NCBI GenBank assembly: GCA_963844485.1
Contig: CAWJOQ010000002.1
Span: 192,328-256,327 of the forward strand
DNA length: 64,000 nucleotides
Source: an uncultured beta proteobacterium
GTDB taxonomy: Bacteria > Pseudomonadota > Gammaproteobacteria > Burkholderiales > Burkholderiaceae_C
Reading direction: 5' to 3'
Shown here: positions 22,608-35,224 of the stretch, in pieces
Numbering within the stretch: position 1 is the stretch's first letter
Layout of the letters: every line of letters starts with the position of its first letter
Translations under genes and position numbers: made by a program
The notes under the pieces: generated by a model
The model's database searches: none
Seen by the model: the letters and a program-made list of their open reading frames with translations, nothing else
What the model was told of the DNA's origin: nothing

Positions 22608-25301
22608 ATGGACAAACACTACCTGACGCCGCTGTTCTCGCCCACATCGATCGTGGTGCTTGCCGGCGACCGTGACCAGCCCGACGCCCAGACCGCACTG
22701 GCCCGCAGCCTGTTGGCAGGCCTGCACCAGGGTGGGTTTGCCGGCACGGTCACCCACCTGAACATCCAGACCAGCGGCACCTTGGCCGATCTGGTGCAGT
22801 CGCGCGCCGACCTGGCCCTGATCGCGCTGCCGAACGACCAGGTGGCGGCGGCGCTGGAGGTGGCTGGCCGCATGCGCTGCCGCGCGGCGCTGGTGCTGTC
22901 GTCCGGCCTGGCCATCACGGCATGTGCCGAGCTGCTGGCCATTGCCAAGCGCCATGGCATGCACCTGCTGGGGCCCAACAGCCTGGGCTTCCAGCGGCCG
23001 CTGCTGCAGCTCAATGCCAGCGCCCTGGGCAACATGGCGGCGCCCGGGCCCCTGGCCCTGGTCTCGCAATCGGGTGCGCTCACGGCCTCCATCCTGGACT
23101 GGGCGCAACAGAACAACGTGGGCTTCTCGGCCGTGGTCTCGCTGGGCCCGAACACCGCTGTCGAGCTGCCGCAGGCGCTGGACTTCCTGGCCAATGACGC
23201 CAGCACCAAGTCCATCCTGGTCTACATGGAGGGCATCCGCAACGCCCGGCGCTTCATGAGCGCACTGCGGGCCGCGGCCTATGCCAAGCCGGTGGTGGTG
23301 ATGAAGTCCGGGCGCAAGGCAGCCGGCAGCAAGGCAGCGCTGACTCATTCGGCCGCCATCGTCGGCAGCGACGATGTGTTCGAGGCCGCGCTGCGCCGTG
23401 CCGGTGCGGTGCGGGTGCGGCTGTTCACCCAGCTGTTTTCGGCCGCCAAGTGCCTGGCATCACGCTACCGGCCGGTGGGCAAGCGCCTGGGCATCGTCAC
23501 CAATGGCGGTGGGCCGGGCGTGCTGGCCGCCGACTGGGCCAGCGAGATCGGCCTGGACGTGGCGACCTTGGGCGACGCCGTCCGCAGCGAGCTGGCGGCC
23601 CAGCTGCCGCCTGGCGCCAGCCTGCAATCGGTGATCGACCTGGGCGAGGATGCGCTGGCCGCGCACTACAGCGCCGCCCTGCTGGCACTTGGCAAGGACC
23701 CTGGCGTGGACGGCATGCTGGCGATTTATTCACCCAAGCCCGACAGCGACCCGGCGGCTGCGGCCCGCGGCGTGGCCGAGGTGTTCCGCCTCACCGGCAA
23801 GCCGGTGCTGGCCTGCTGGATGGGTGAAGCGCGGGTGAAAGAAGCGCGGGAGGTGCTCAACAGCGTGGCCATCCCCAGCTTCCGCACGCCCGAGGCGGCG
23901 GTCGATGCCTTCGGCAACATCGCCAGCTTCTACCAGAACCAGCAGCTGCTGCAGCAGACACCGCCGCCCAATTCCAGCCTGGCCAAGCCCGATGTGGAGG
24001 GCGCGCGCCTGCTGATCGAAGGCGTGCTGGCCGAGCGCCGCAAGGTGCTGACCGAGATGGAGAGCAAGGCCTTGCTGGCGGCCTTCCACATCCCGGTCAC
24101 ACGCACCATGCTGGCGCGCAGCGCCAACGAGGCGATGCTGATCGCCGCCCAGCTGGGCTACCCGGTGGCGCTGAAGATCGATTCACCCGACATCAGCCAC
24201 AAGAGCGACGTGCAGGGCGTGGCGCTGAACGTGATGAGCGCGACCCAGGTGCGCGATGTCTACAACGACATGCTGGCGGCGGTGAAGCGGGCCCAGCCGG
24301 CGGCGCGCATCAACGGCGTGACGATCCAGCCGATGTCGGGCCTGCGCCATGGCCGCGAGATCTACATCGGCCTGACCACCGACGAGCCCTTCGGCCCGGT
24401 GATCACCTTCGGCGCCGGCGGCACCATGATCGAGCTGATCGCCGACCGGGCGATGGAGTTGCCGCCACTGAACCAGTTCCTGGCGCGGCGGCTGATCGAG
24501 CGCAGCCGCGTGTCCGACATGCTGGGCGCCTGGCGCGGCACGCCAGCGGCCGAACATCGACGCGCTGGAGCAGATCCTGCTGCGGGTGTCCGAAATGGTG
24601 TGCGAGCTGCCCCAGCTGCGCGAGATGGACATCAACCCCATCATCGTCGACGCAGACTGGTGCGGTGGCGGTCGATGCGCGGGTGGTGATCGCGCATGCG
24701 CCGTCCAACCACCACGGCAGCGGCGACTACCAGCACCTCGCCATCCTGCCCTACCCCAGCGCCTACGCAGCGGGAATGGCCGATGAAGGGCGGCGGGCTC
24801 TACACCATCCGCCCGATCGAACCCGACGACGCCGACATGCTGCAGGCCTTTGTGCGCGGGCTGTCGCAGGAAAGCCGCTACTTCCGCTTTGCCAGCGCCA
24901 TGCCCGAGCTGCCGCGCGCGCATGCTGGCCCGCTACACCCTGATCGACTACGACCGCGAGATGGCGCTGGTGGCGGTGCACCGCAGCCGCATGGCGGCCC
25001 CGACGACGGTGGCTTCACCGACACCGAGCAGATCATCGGCGTGTCACGCTACATCACCAACCCCGACCAGACCAGCTGCGAGTTCAGCCTGGTGGTGTCG
25101 GACCAGTACAAGGGCCAGGGGCTGGGGTCGCGGCTGATGCTGTCGATCATGGAATTCGCCCGGGCCAAGGGCTTGAGCGAAATCGACGGCCTGGTGCTGG
25201 CCAACAACCGCAACATGCTGCGCCTGATGAGCAGCCTGGGCTACAGCGTGCAGCCATTTCCGGAAGACCCGGACTTCAAGCTGGTGTCCAAGGCGCTGTA
25301 G
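22608..25301 (+). CDS. Pat/YfiQ-like protein acetyltransferase: an NDP-forming acyl-CoA synthetase (CoA-binding, succinyl-CoA-synthetase-like and ATP-grasp domains) fused to a C-terminal GNAT. Frameshifts near 24540 and 24900-25000.
   Basis: VLAGDRDQPD ... LVSQSGAL ... then an ATP-grasp region (FHIPVTRT ... GYPVALK), then the GNAT domain LYTIRPIEPDDADMLQAFVRGLSQESRYFRF ... QYKGQGLGSRLM. Confidence 0.75.
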
Positions 25302-25398
25302 CCCACCCCCGAAGCGCCTGCGGCGCTCCCCCTCAAGGGGCGGCGATGACCTGATGACCTGATGGCCCGGCAACGCCGGGTCCACGGCGCCCGCTTGC

Positions 25399-25941
25399 TC
25401 AGGCCTTTGCCTTGTGCGCGTCGAAGTTGGCGATGCCGTCGGTGATCTCCTTGTGGGCACCTTCGATGCCGGCCCAGCCTGTCACCTTCACCCACTTGCC
25501 GGGCTCCAGATCCTTGTAGTGCTCAAAGAAGTGCTGGATGGTCTTCAGGCGCAGCGGGTTCAGGTCTTCGGGCTTCTGCCACTGGCTGTAGATCGACAGC
25601 ACCTTGTCGATGGGCACGGCCAGCAGCTTGTTGTCCGTGCCGGCCTCGTCTTCCATCTCCATCATGCCCAGCGCACGGCAAGTGACCACCACGCCCGGGA
25701 TCAGCGGCACCGGCGTGATCACCAGCACGTCGACCGGGTCGCCGTCACCCGACAAGGTGTTGGGGATGTAGCCGTAGTTGCAGGGGTAGTGCATGGCCGT
25801 GCTCATGAACCGGTCGACGAACAAGGCGCCGGTCTCATGGTCCACCTCGTACTTGATCGGGTCGGCGTTCATCGGGATCTCGATGATCACGTTGAATTCC
25901 TGGGGCGCCTTGGCGCCGGGGGTCACGTTGTGCAGGCTCAT
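25399..25941 (-). CDS. ppa: Inorganic pyrophosphatase (family I)
   Basis: [23 protein letters not shown] ... [10 protein letters not shown]. Confidence 0.9.
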   Translation of the reverse strand: MSLHNVTPGAKAPQEFNVIIEIPMNADPIKYEVDHETGALFVDRFMSTAMHYPCNYGYIPNTLSGDGDPVDVLVITPVPLIPGVVVTCRALGMMEMEDEAGTDNKLLAVPIDKVLSIYSQWQKPEDLNPLRLKTIQHFFEHYKDLEPGKWVKVTGWAGIEGAHKEITDGIANFDAHKAKA

Positions 25942-26188
25942 GGATGGGCTCGTGGAGGTGGAACAGCGTCGAAATGACAAGGGATGCATCGCATTCTACG
26001 AATGCGTGCTTGCCATGCCCTGACGTCGCGCCTGCGACACCGCAGGAAAACACCGTCACCGCCCCGCCAGCGGCGCCGTACATTGCCGTGGCGACCCGCG
26101 CACGGCAGCGCCGGCATCTGCAGGACTGCCAGCAACAACATCCAACGGGCGCGTTTGTTCAATGGGCTAGACCGAGGAAGGAGATCCC

Positions 26189-28360
<2,172 letters not shown>

Positions 28361-28380
28361 GCCAGCACGCCAGACAGTCA

Positions 28381-28408
28381 AAAGGGCCGCGCAAGCGGCC
28401 CTTTTTCA
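28381..28408. terminator. Bidirectional rho-independent terminator between the convergent hppA and decarboxylase genes
   Basis: The GGGCCGCgcaaGCGGCCC hairpin is followed by TTTTTC. Confidence 0.6.
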
Positions 28409-28453
28409 TGGGCGGTGCCAGCCCTGCTGACCTGCCCTGCGGACTGGCTCTGC

Positions 28454-30709
28454 TTACTGGCGCACGCAATCCACGTAGTAACGCCCCTCGGCGCCGCCTT
28501 CGTCTTCGACCAGGCCGTGCACGTCGGTCGCAAAACCAGGAAAACGGGCATTGAAGGCGCGGGTGAACTTCAGGTACTGCACGATCTTGCGGTTGAAGCG
28601 CTCGCCCGGCACCAGCAGCGGGATGCCCGGTGGGTAGGGCGTCAGCAGCGCGGTGGTGATGCGGCCTTCCAGGTCGTCGATGTCGACCCGCTCGGTCTCG
28701 CGCCGGGCGATGTGGGCAAAGGCGTCGCTGGGCTTCATCGCCGGCTGCAGGTCAGACTGGTAGACCTCGGTGGTCAGGCGGGCGATGTCGCCCTCGGCAT
28801 AGGCCGCGTGCATGGCCTGGCACAGGTCCTTCAAGCCCATCTTCTCGTACTGCGGGTGGGCCTGGCAGAACTCCGGCAGGATGCGCCACATCGGCGCATT
28901 GCGGTCGTAGTCGTCCTTGAACTGCTGCAGCGCCGTGAGCAAGGTGTTCCAGCGGCCCTTGGTGATGCCGATGGTGAACAGGATGAAGAAGCTGTAGAGG
29001 CCGGTCTTTTCCACCACCACGCCATGCTCGGCCAGAAACTTGGTGACGATGCCTGCCGGGATGCCGGTGGGCGCAAACTTGCCCGACATGTCCAGGCCCG
29101 GGGTGATCAGGGTGCACTTGATCGGGTCGAGCAGGTTGAAGCCGGTGGCCAGGTTGCCAAAGCCGTGCCACTTGTCCTTGGCCTTGAGCGTCCAGGCGTC
29201 TGAGCGGCCGATGCCGTCGGCCACCAGCTTGTCGGGGCCCCAGACGGTGAACCACCAGTCCTTGCCGAATTCCTTCTCGACCTTGCGCATGGCCCGGCGG
29301 AAGTCCATCGCCTCCTTGATGCTTTCTTCCACCAGGGCGGTGCCGCCGGGCGGCTCCATCATGGCCGCAGCCACATCGCAGCTGGCGATGATGGCGTACT
29401 GCGGGCTGGTGCTGGTGTGCATCAGATAGGCCTCGTTGAACAAGTGCTTGTCCAGCTTGACGGTCTGTGAGTCCTGCACCAGCACCTGGCTGGCCTGGCT
29501 GATGCCTGCCAGCAACTTGTGGGTGGACTGCGTGGCATACACCATGGCCTGCTTGGGCCGCACCCGGTGCTTGCCCATGGCATGGAAGCTGCCGTAGAAC
29601 TTGTGGAAGGCCGCGTGCGGCAACCAGGCTTCGTCGAAGTGCAGGTTGTCGATGTAGCCGTCGACCATGCCCTTGATGGTCTCGGTGTTGTAGAGCACGC
29701 CGTCGTAGGTGCTCTGGGTCAGCGTCATCACCCGCGGGCGCACGGTCTTGGGGTCGACGCCGGCCAGCAGCGGGTTGGCAGCGATCTTGCGCTCGATGGC
29801 TTCGCGCGTGAATTCGCTCTGTGGAATCGGCCCGATGATGCCGTAGTGGTTGCGCGTGGGCGTCATGAAGACCGGCACCGCGCCGGTCATGATGATGCTG
29901 TGCAGGATGCTCTTGTGGCAGTTGCGGTCGACCACCACCACGTCGCCCGGCGCCACGGTGTGGTGCCACACCATCTTGTTGCTGGTGCTGGTGCCGTTGG
30001 TCACAAAGAAGCAATGGTCGGCATTGAAGATGCGGGCCGCGTTCTTCTCGCTGGCCGCCACCGGGCCGGTGTGGTCCAGCAACTGGCCCAGTTCATCGAC
30101 CGCGTTGCAGACGTCGGCGCGCAGCATGTTCTCGCCGAAGAACTGGTGGAACATCTGGCCCACCGGGCTTTTGAGAAACGCCACGCCACCGCTGTGCCCC
30201 GGGCAATGCCAGCTGTAGCTGCCGTCTTGCGCGTAGTCCACCAGCGCCTTGAAGAACGGCGGCGCCACGCCGTCGAGGTAGCTCTTGGCTTCACGGATGA
30301 TGTGGCGGGCCACAAATTCCGGCGTGTCCTCGAACATGTGGATGAAGCCGTGCAGCTCGCGCAGGATGTCGTTGGGGATGTGCTGGCTGGTGCGGGTTTC
30401 GCCGTACAGGTAGATCGGGATGTCGCTGTTCTTGAAGCGGATCTCCTCGATGAACTTGCGCAGGTTCAGCACCGCCGGGTCCACTTCAGGCCCGGCGGTG
30501 AATTCTTCGTCGTCGATGCTCAGGATGAAGGCCGAGGCCCGGCTCTGCTGCTGGGCAAAGCTGCTCAGGTCGCCGTAGCTGGTGACGCCCAGCACCTCGA
30601 AGCCCTCTTTCTGGATGGCGTCGGCCAAGGCCCGGATGCCCAGCCCCGAACTGTTCTCGGAGCGGTAATCCTCGTCGATGATGAAGATGGGAAAGCGAAA
30701 GCGCTGCAT
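28454..30709 (-). CDS. Orn/Lys/Arg decarboxylase (fold-I PLP, major-domain family; lysine or ornithine decarboxylase)
   Basis: The chosen start is MQRFRFPIFIIDEDY, giving 751 aa. It has an N-terminal wing domain, a PLP domain (STHKLLAGISQAS) and a C-terminal domain. Confidence 0.85.
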   Translation of the reverse strand: MQRFRFPIFIIDEDYRSENSSGLGIRALADAIQKEGFEVLGVTSYGDLSSFAQQQSRASAFILSIDDEEFTAGPEVDPAVLNLRKFIEEIRFKNSDIPIYLYGETRTSQHIPNDILRELHGFIHMFEDTPEFVARHIIREAKSYLDGVAPPFFKALVDYAQDGSYSWHCPGHSGGVAFLKSPVGQMFHQFFGENMLRADVCNAVDELGQLLDHTGPVAASEKNAARIFNADHCFFVTNGTSTSNKMVWHHTVAPGDVVVVDRNCHKSILHSIIMTGAVPVFMTPTRNHYGIIGPIPQSEFTREAIERKIAANPLLAGVDPKTVRPRVMTLTQSTYDGVLYNTETIKGMVDGYIDNLHFDEAWLPHAAFHKFYGSFHAMGKHRVRPKQAMVYATQSTHKLLAGISQASQVLVQDSQTVKLDKHLFNEAYLMHTSTSPQYAIIASCDVAAAMMEPPGGTALVEESIKEAMDFRRAMRKVEKEFGKDWWFTVWGPDKLVADGIGRSDAWTLKAKDKWHGFGNLATGFNLLDPIKCTLITPGLDMSGKFAPTGIPAGIVTKFLAEHGVVVEKTGLYSFFILFTIGITKGRWNTLLTALQQFKDDYDRNAPMWRILPEFCQAHPQYEKMGLKDLCQAMHAAYAEGDIARLTTEVYQSDLQPAMKPSDAFAHIARRETERVDIDDLEGRITTALLTPYPPGIPLLVPGERFNRKIVQYLKFTRAFNARFPGFATDVHGLVEDEGGAEGRYYVDCVRQ

Positions 30710-30890
30710 GCGGAGGGCTCCTCTGGAGCGGGACAAGAAAAAAGCGGCGGCCGTGGGTGCCAGGGCACCCGTCGACCAAGGTCCAACAAGGCGCGAAGTG
30801 TAGGGGCGAACCCCGACGTCCTGGTGACAACAAACCGCATGGCTACACTGGCCCAAGCAGGCCGTTGGCCGGACATCACAAGGAGGTGGG

Positions 30891-31329
30891 ATGGACTGGA
30901 GCGCATCCACAGGCTGGTGGCTGGCCGCTGGGGTGCTGGTGGCTGCCGAACTGGCCACCGGCACCTTCTACTTGCTGATGCTGGCCCTGGGCGCAGCTGC
31001 AGGTGCACTGGCAGCGCATGCAGGCCTGCAGCACCACAGGGCAGATCGGCAGCGCAGCCGTGCTGGGCGCCGGAGCCGTGGTGCTGTGGCACCTGCGCCG
31101 CAGCCGCCATCCTGTTGCTGCGCCGGCCAGCACCAACCCCGATGTCAACCTGGACGTGGGCGGCACGGTGCAGGTGCCCGCCTGGGACGCCGACGGCGCC
31201 GCCCGCATCGCCTACCGCGGCAGCCACTGGCAAGCCCGCCATGTCGGGCCGGGGCTGGCCGCGCCCGGTCTGCATGTGATCCGCGCCGTGGAAGGCAGCT
31301 GCCTGCTGCTCGAGCGCGCCCCGCACTGA
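30891..31329 (+). CDS. NfeD-like membrane protein (partner of the SPFH protein), with a frameshift near 31020
   Basis: The N-terminus has TM helices (MDWSASTGWWLAAGVLVAAELATGTFYLLMLALGAAAG). The C-terminal OB-fold (VPAWDADGAARIAYRGSHWQAR) is in another frame. Confidence 0.55.
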
Positions 31330-31349
31330 CACCCACCAAAGGCAACCCC

Positions 31350-32274
31350 ATGGAAATCGTCGCCATCCTGCTGGTCATCACCGTCATCTTCATTGCCCGA
31401 TCACTGAAGGTGGTGCCACAGCAGAACGCCTGGGTGGTCGAGCGGCTGGGCAAGTACCACACCACCCTGACCCCCGGTCTGAGCCTGCTGGTGCCCTTTG
31501 TCGACCGGGTGGCCTACAAGCACTCGCTCAAGGAAATCCCGCTGGACGTGCCCAGCCAGGTCTGCATCACCAAGGACAACACCCAGCTCACGGTCGACGG
31601 CATCCTGTACTTCCAGGTGACCGACCCGATGCGCGCCAGCTATGGCAGCAGCGACTACATCATCGCCATCACCCAGCTGGCGCAGACCACGCTGCGCAGC
31701 GTGATCGGCCGCATGGAACTGGACAAGACCTTCGAAGAGCGTGACCAGATCAACGGCTCGGTGGTGCTGTCGCTGGATGAAGCCGCGCTGAACTGGGGCG
31801 TGAAGGTGCTGCGCTACGAGATCAAGGACCTGACGCCGCCGGCAGAGATCTTGCGCAGCATGCAGGCGCAGATCACCGCCGAACGCGAAAAGCGTGCGCT
31901 GATCGCCGCCAGCGAAGGCCGGCGCCAGGAGCAGATCAACATCGCCACCGGCGAGCGTGAAGCCAGCATCGCGCGCAGTGAGGGCGAGAAGCAGGCCGAC
32001 ATCAACAAGGCCCAGGGCGAAGCGGCGGCCATCACCGCGCTGGCCGAGGCCACGGCCGACGCCATCCGCCGCATTGCTGCGGCCATCGAGCAACCCGGCG
32101 GCAACGAGGCGGTGCAGCTGAAGGTGGCCGAGACGCGCCATCGACGCCTATGGCCAGCTGGCCAAGACCAACAACACCATGATCGTGCCCGGCAACATGA
32201 CCGAGGTGTCGGGCCTGATCGCCACCGCGATGGCGGTGCTCAAGCAGGCACCAGCGGCAGGCGCACAGCGATGA
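31350..32274 (+). CDS. SPFH/band-7 (stomatin/QmcA-like) protein, with a frameshift near 32135
   Basis: MEIVAILLVITVIFIARSLKVVPQQNAWVVERLGKYHTTLTPGL is a typical stomatin family start. The C-terminal coiled coil is present, and the tail ending in the stop at 32274 is in another frame. Confidence 0.75.
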
Positions 32275-32651
32275 GCCGCGACCACGCACTGAATGTGCTG
32301 GGCACGCCGCTGGTGCCTTGCAGCTACGACCCGCTGACCGGCTGGTACCGCGACGGCTGCTGCCACACCGACGCCCAGGACCACGGCAGCCATGTCGTCT
32401 GCGCGCGCATGACCATGGCCTTTCTGAACTTCCAGTTCGAGCGCGGCAACGACCTGATCACCCCGCGCCCGGAGCACCGCTTCCAGGGCCTGAAGCCGGG
32501 CGACCGCTGGTGCGTGTGCGCGTTGCGCTGGAAAGAGGCCTACCTGGCAGGCTGCGCCCCACCCGTGGTGCTGGACAGCACCCACGCCCGGGCGACCGAT
32601 TTTGTGCAACTGGCCTGGCTGCAAGAGAACGCCCTGAACGCCGTCGGCTAG
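32271..32651 (+). CDS. DUF2237-family protein
   Basis: MSRDHALNVLGTPLVPCSYDPLTGWYRDGCCHTDAQDHGSHVVCARMT ... GNDL.TPRP ... GDRWCVCALRW matches the conserved DUF2237 signature. Confidence 0.7.
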   Translation: MSRDHALNVLGTPLVPCSYDPLTGWYRDGCCHTDAQDHGSHVVCARMTMAFLNFQFERGNDLITPRPEHRFQGLKPGDRWCVCALRWKEAYLAGCAPPVVLDSTHARATDFVQLAWLQENALNAVG

Positions 32652-32668
32652 AATTTGAGGCTTGCCGC

Positions 32669-32759
32669 GGAGAGATGGATGAGCGGTTTAAGTCGCACGC
32701 CTGGAAAGCGTGTGGGGGTTAACAGCCCCCCGCGGGTTCGAATCCCGCTCTCTCCGCCA
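32669..32759 (+). tRNA. tRNA-Ser (anticodon GGA) with an encoded CCA end
   Basis: The 7-bp acceptor stem is GGAGAGA/TCTCTCC. The D-loop reads TGAGCGGTTTAAG. The anticodon loop is CT-GGA-AA. It has a long variable arm and a T-arm GGGTTCGAATCCC. The 3' end is GCCA. Confidence 0.85.
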
Positions 32760-32804
32760 AGAACACCGTTCTGACGGTCTCACAAGGACCCAAAAGCACC
32801 GCCA

Positions 32805-32835
32805 AAGCCCCGCCAGCCGGGGCTTTTTCGTTTCT
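32805..32835 (+). terminator. Rho-independent terminator downstream of tRNA-Ser
   Basis: The GCCCCGccagcCGGGGC hairpin is followed by TTTTTCGTTTC. Confidence 0.5.
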
Positions 32836-32952
32836 GGACGTCCCACGGGGTGTCTTGACGTCTGGGGGCATTTGGGGGACCTTATGGGGGCATATTGAAG
32901 TGGCCCACTTCTTGCCGTACAATCCAAACTTAACGAAGTTACCGGATAGAAC

Positions 32953-33267
32953 ATGACCTCGGTGAACAAAGTGATCCTGATCGGCAACCTCGGGCGCGTC
33001 TCCCGCGACGCGCTCGATACTGACGGCCAGGGAGCATTTGACAGTTACGTCGCCGCGCTTCATGGCTATTGCTTTGCCCTAGAGGATGTGGGGGGGCGTA
33101 CGTTCGCGGAAGCTGCGCGTAGGCTCGCCGAGGCTTTTCGCCTGCTCCACCAGCTGGCCGGTCCTGTCAAGATCCCTGAGAAGATCGCTGCACGCTGCAT
33201 GCCCCTCTTCAACCGGACTGCTGCGTTCTTCCACGCAGCCAAGGCCGACGCCCGCAACCTTCCTTGA
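32953..33267 (+). CDS. Hypothetical protein. Its first about 14 residues resemble an SSB N-terminus (MTSVNKVILIGNLG). It is likely a gene remnant or a chimera.
   Basis: It is a 104-aa ORF that matches the SSB start motif and then diverges completely. It lies between the tRNA and the toxin-antitoxin pair. Confidence 0.3.
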   Translation: MTSVNKVILIGNLGRVSRDALDTDGQGAFDSYVAALHGYCFALEDVGGRTFAEAARRLAEAFRLLHQLAGPVKIPEKIAARCMPLFNRTAAFFHAAKADARNLP

Positions 33268-33271
33268 GCCG

Positions 33272-33754
33272 ATGGCAAAGATGAAGTCAGAACCCCACCT
33301 GATCTCAACCGACTCCCGCACCAGCGTGCGGGGCCGTACCAAGTCCAACGCCTCTAGTGACTTTGTCTCCATCGCCGAAACCCGGGCCCTGATGGCTGGC
33401 AGCTTGGCTGTACGCCAGCAGCGACTCGAAGCAGGAGACATGGTCTCGACCGACGAAGCAGCGCAAATGACCGGGACGAGCCGAGTGACGATGAATGCCT
33501 GGATCGCCAATGGGCGAGCCATCGGGCTGACGCGCACCAAGCGTGGGTTCCGGTTGCCGAAATGGCAGTTTGATGTGCCCATGTGGGACACCCTGCCGAA
33601 GCTGAGCATGGCTCTGGGAACGACGGAAGGATGGGCGTTGCTCGCCTTCCTTGAATCGCCCCACCCTGGCTTGGACGGCGTGACGCCGCGCGAAGCGATC
33701 GAGCGAGGAATGCAGGACCGGGCGGTGACCCTCGCTGGAGCCGAGAGCAGCTGA
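33272..33754 (+). CDS. Xre-family antitoxin with a DUF2384 (RES-toxin-binding) domain (ParS/MbcA-like)
   Basis: The HTH segment (MVSTDEAAQMTGTSRVTMNAWIANGRAIG) is followed by the DUF2384-like WALLAFLESPHPGLDGVTPREAIERG. It ends 10 bp before the RES gene. Confidence 0.7.
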   Translation: MAKMKSEPHLISTDSRTSVRGRTKSNASSDFVSIAETRALMAGSLAVRQQRLEAGDMVSTDEAAQMTGTSRVTMNAWIANGRAIGLTRTKRGFRLPKWQFDVPMWDTLPKLSMALGTTEGWALLAFLESPHPGLDGVTPREAIERGMQDRAVTLAGAESS

Positions 33755-33763
33755 CGCCCGCTC

Positions 33764-34342
33764 ATGAAGCTTTCAGACCTCGAACATCTATCGCCCTATC
33801 GCCTGGCTCAAGGCCAGTCGCTCTTCCGAATTCAGCGCACCGCGGTGATGGGAGCCGCCATCGCCCGGGGGCCGCTGCACCTCGCGCCCATCGGCTCGCT
33901 TTCCGGTCGATTCGATCTGGTCGGCGTACCGTGCGCGTACTTGGCAGAGGCGCCTGATACCGCGCTTTTCGAGGCGGTCTTTCGCCGCGAAAGCACTGGC
34001 GTGTCGGTCGCTGCACTCCAACTGCCCGAGCTGCTTGCAGTTCAGACCCACGCCGAACTCGTTCTGGGCGATTTGCGACCGCACGCAACAGCTTGGCCAG
34101 TGCTGCAGGCGCTGCGCTTCTCCGAGACGCAGGCGCTCGCCGCAGATGTGCACCAGGCTGGCTTCAATGGCCTGATCTACCGCTCGGCACAGCACTTCGC
34201 ACAAGACTGCGTCGTCCTGTTCGACCCCGACAGCGCTGCGACAAAGCAGATTTGGCGCGTGGCGCTGGCCAGTCAACAAGGTGCGGTCAACAAGTGGGTC
34301 GCGGACGCTGCGCGACGCTCATTGGTGCCGCTGGTGCCCTGA
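33764..34342 (+). CDS. RES-domain toxin (ParT/MbcT-like NAD+-targeting enzyme)
   Basis: It has the RES signature: SGRFD (Arg) ... AYLAE ... LFE (Glu) ... GLIYRSAQHF (Ser). It is 192 aa and immediately follows the DUF2384 antitoxin. Confidence 0.75.
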   Translation: MKLSDLEHLSPYRLAQGQSLFRIQRTAVMGAAIARGPLHLAPIGSLSGRFDLVGVPCAYLAEAPDTALFEAVFRRESTGVSVAALQLPELLAVQTHAELVLGDLRPHATAWPVLQALRFSETQALAADVHQAGFNGLIYRSAQHFAQDCVVLFDPDSAATKQIWRVALASQQGAVNKWVADAARRSLVPLVP

Positions 34343-35224
34343 GCTGGCCGCTGGAGCAAGCTGACGCAACCCGGACACCAGGGAAAGTCCAAGGGCGCAG
34401 CTACCTCTGGGCTCTCTCCAGCCCAAACCCTCCCCCAGAAGCCCAGCCATCCGGGGGCACATCTGGGGGCATCAGCCTTTTTCGATTTTCAAGAAACCCA
34501 GCATCCATGCGCCCTGAAGCCGGAAATGGGAACGACGCTCTCGCCAAAAATCGTCGTAAGTCGTTGAGATTGAATTGGCTTTTGCCACCAACCTCAGCGC
34601 GCGCCCGCCAAGCTGTCCGCCATCTTGCAAATGCGCATTGGTGACGTCGTTGGCGTTGGGATTGGCGTTCGCAATTGTCCTCGGGTGACACCGGCGTCGC
34701 ACACCAACATCCGACCCCAGCCGCAGTACCCGCCAGGGGCGAGGCAGCCAGCGATCCCATATTGCTGCCAGTCCTCCACATGGAGTGCCCACCCAGGCGC
34801 GCGCCTTCCCCAGCGGCTGACATAACGCGCAGGGCTGATACGGCCAGCGGGTTTGGCTGGCGCAATTCAATCGTGCGTATTTCGAGCGACCAAACCTAGC
34901 GCGTCTGCTTGCACCCACAAATGTGCGAGGTGCACACGGTCAGCAGCCCGCACAAGCAAGCATGGCAACACATGTTGCGCATCCGAGACATCAGGTGCAA
35001 TTCCTGCTGAGAGACGGCCGGCTGGCCCCAGTTGCATTTGCCGCACTTGGGCAGTTGGCGAGGGTTGGGGATGATCCGACTCAGGGTCGTCGCTGCTGGT
35101 GGGTTGACCATGACAGGGTTGAAGCGTGTACCGGCGCACGGACAAGCGCCGGCAAACAGGCCTGCCAGGCGCTGTTGCGTGCCGAGCTGCGGACGGCGAC
35201 AGAATCTTGTCGCAGGGCCAGGGA

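Noticed and set aside
32760-35224. Tyrosine integrase next to tRNA-Ser
   Set aside because: No ORF on either strand shows integrase R...HxxR...Y motifs. The tRNA-adjacent segment carries only the TA pair and an SSB-stub ORF, so any element here lacks its integrase.
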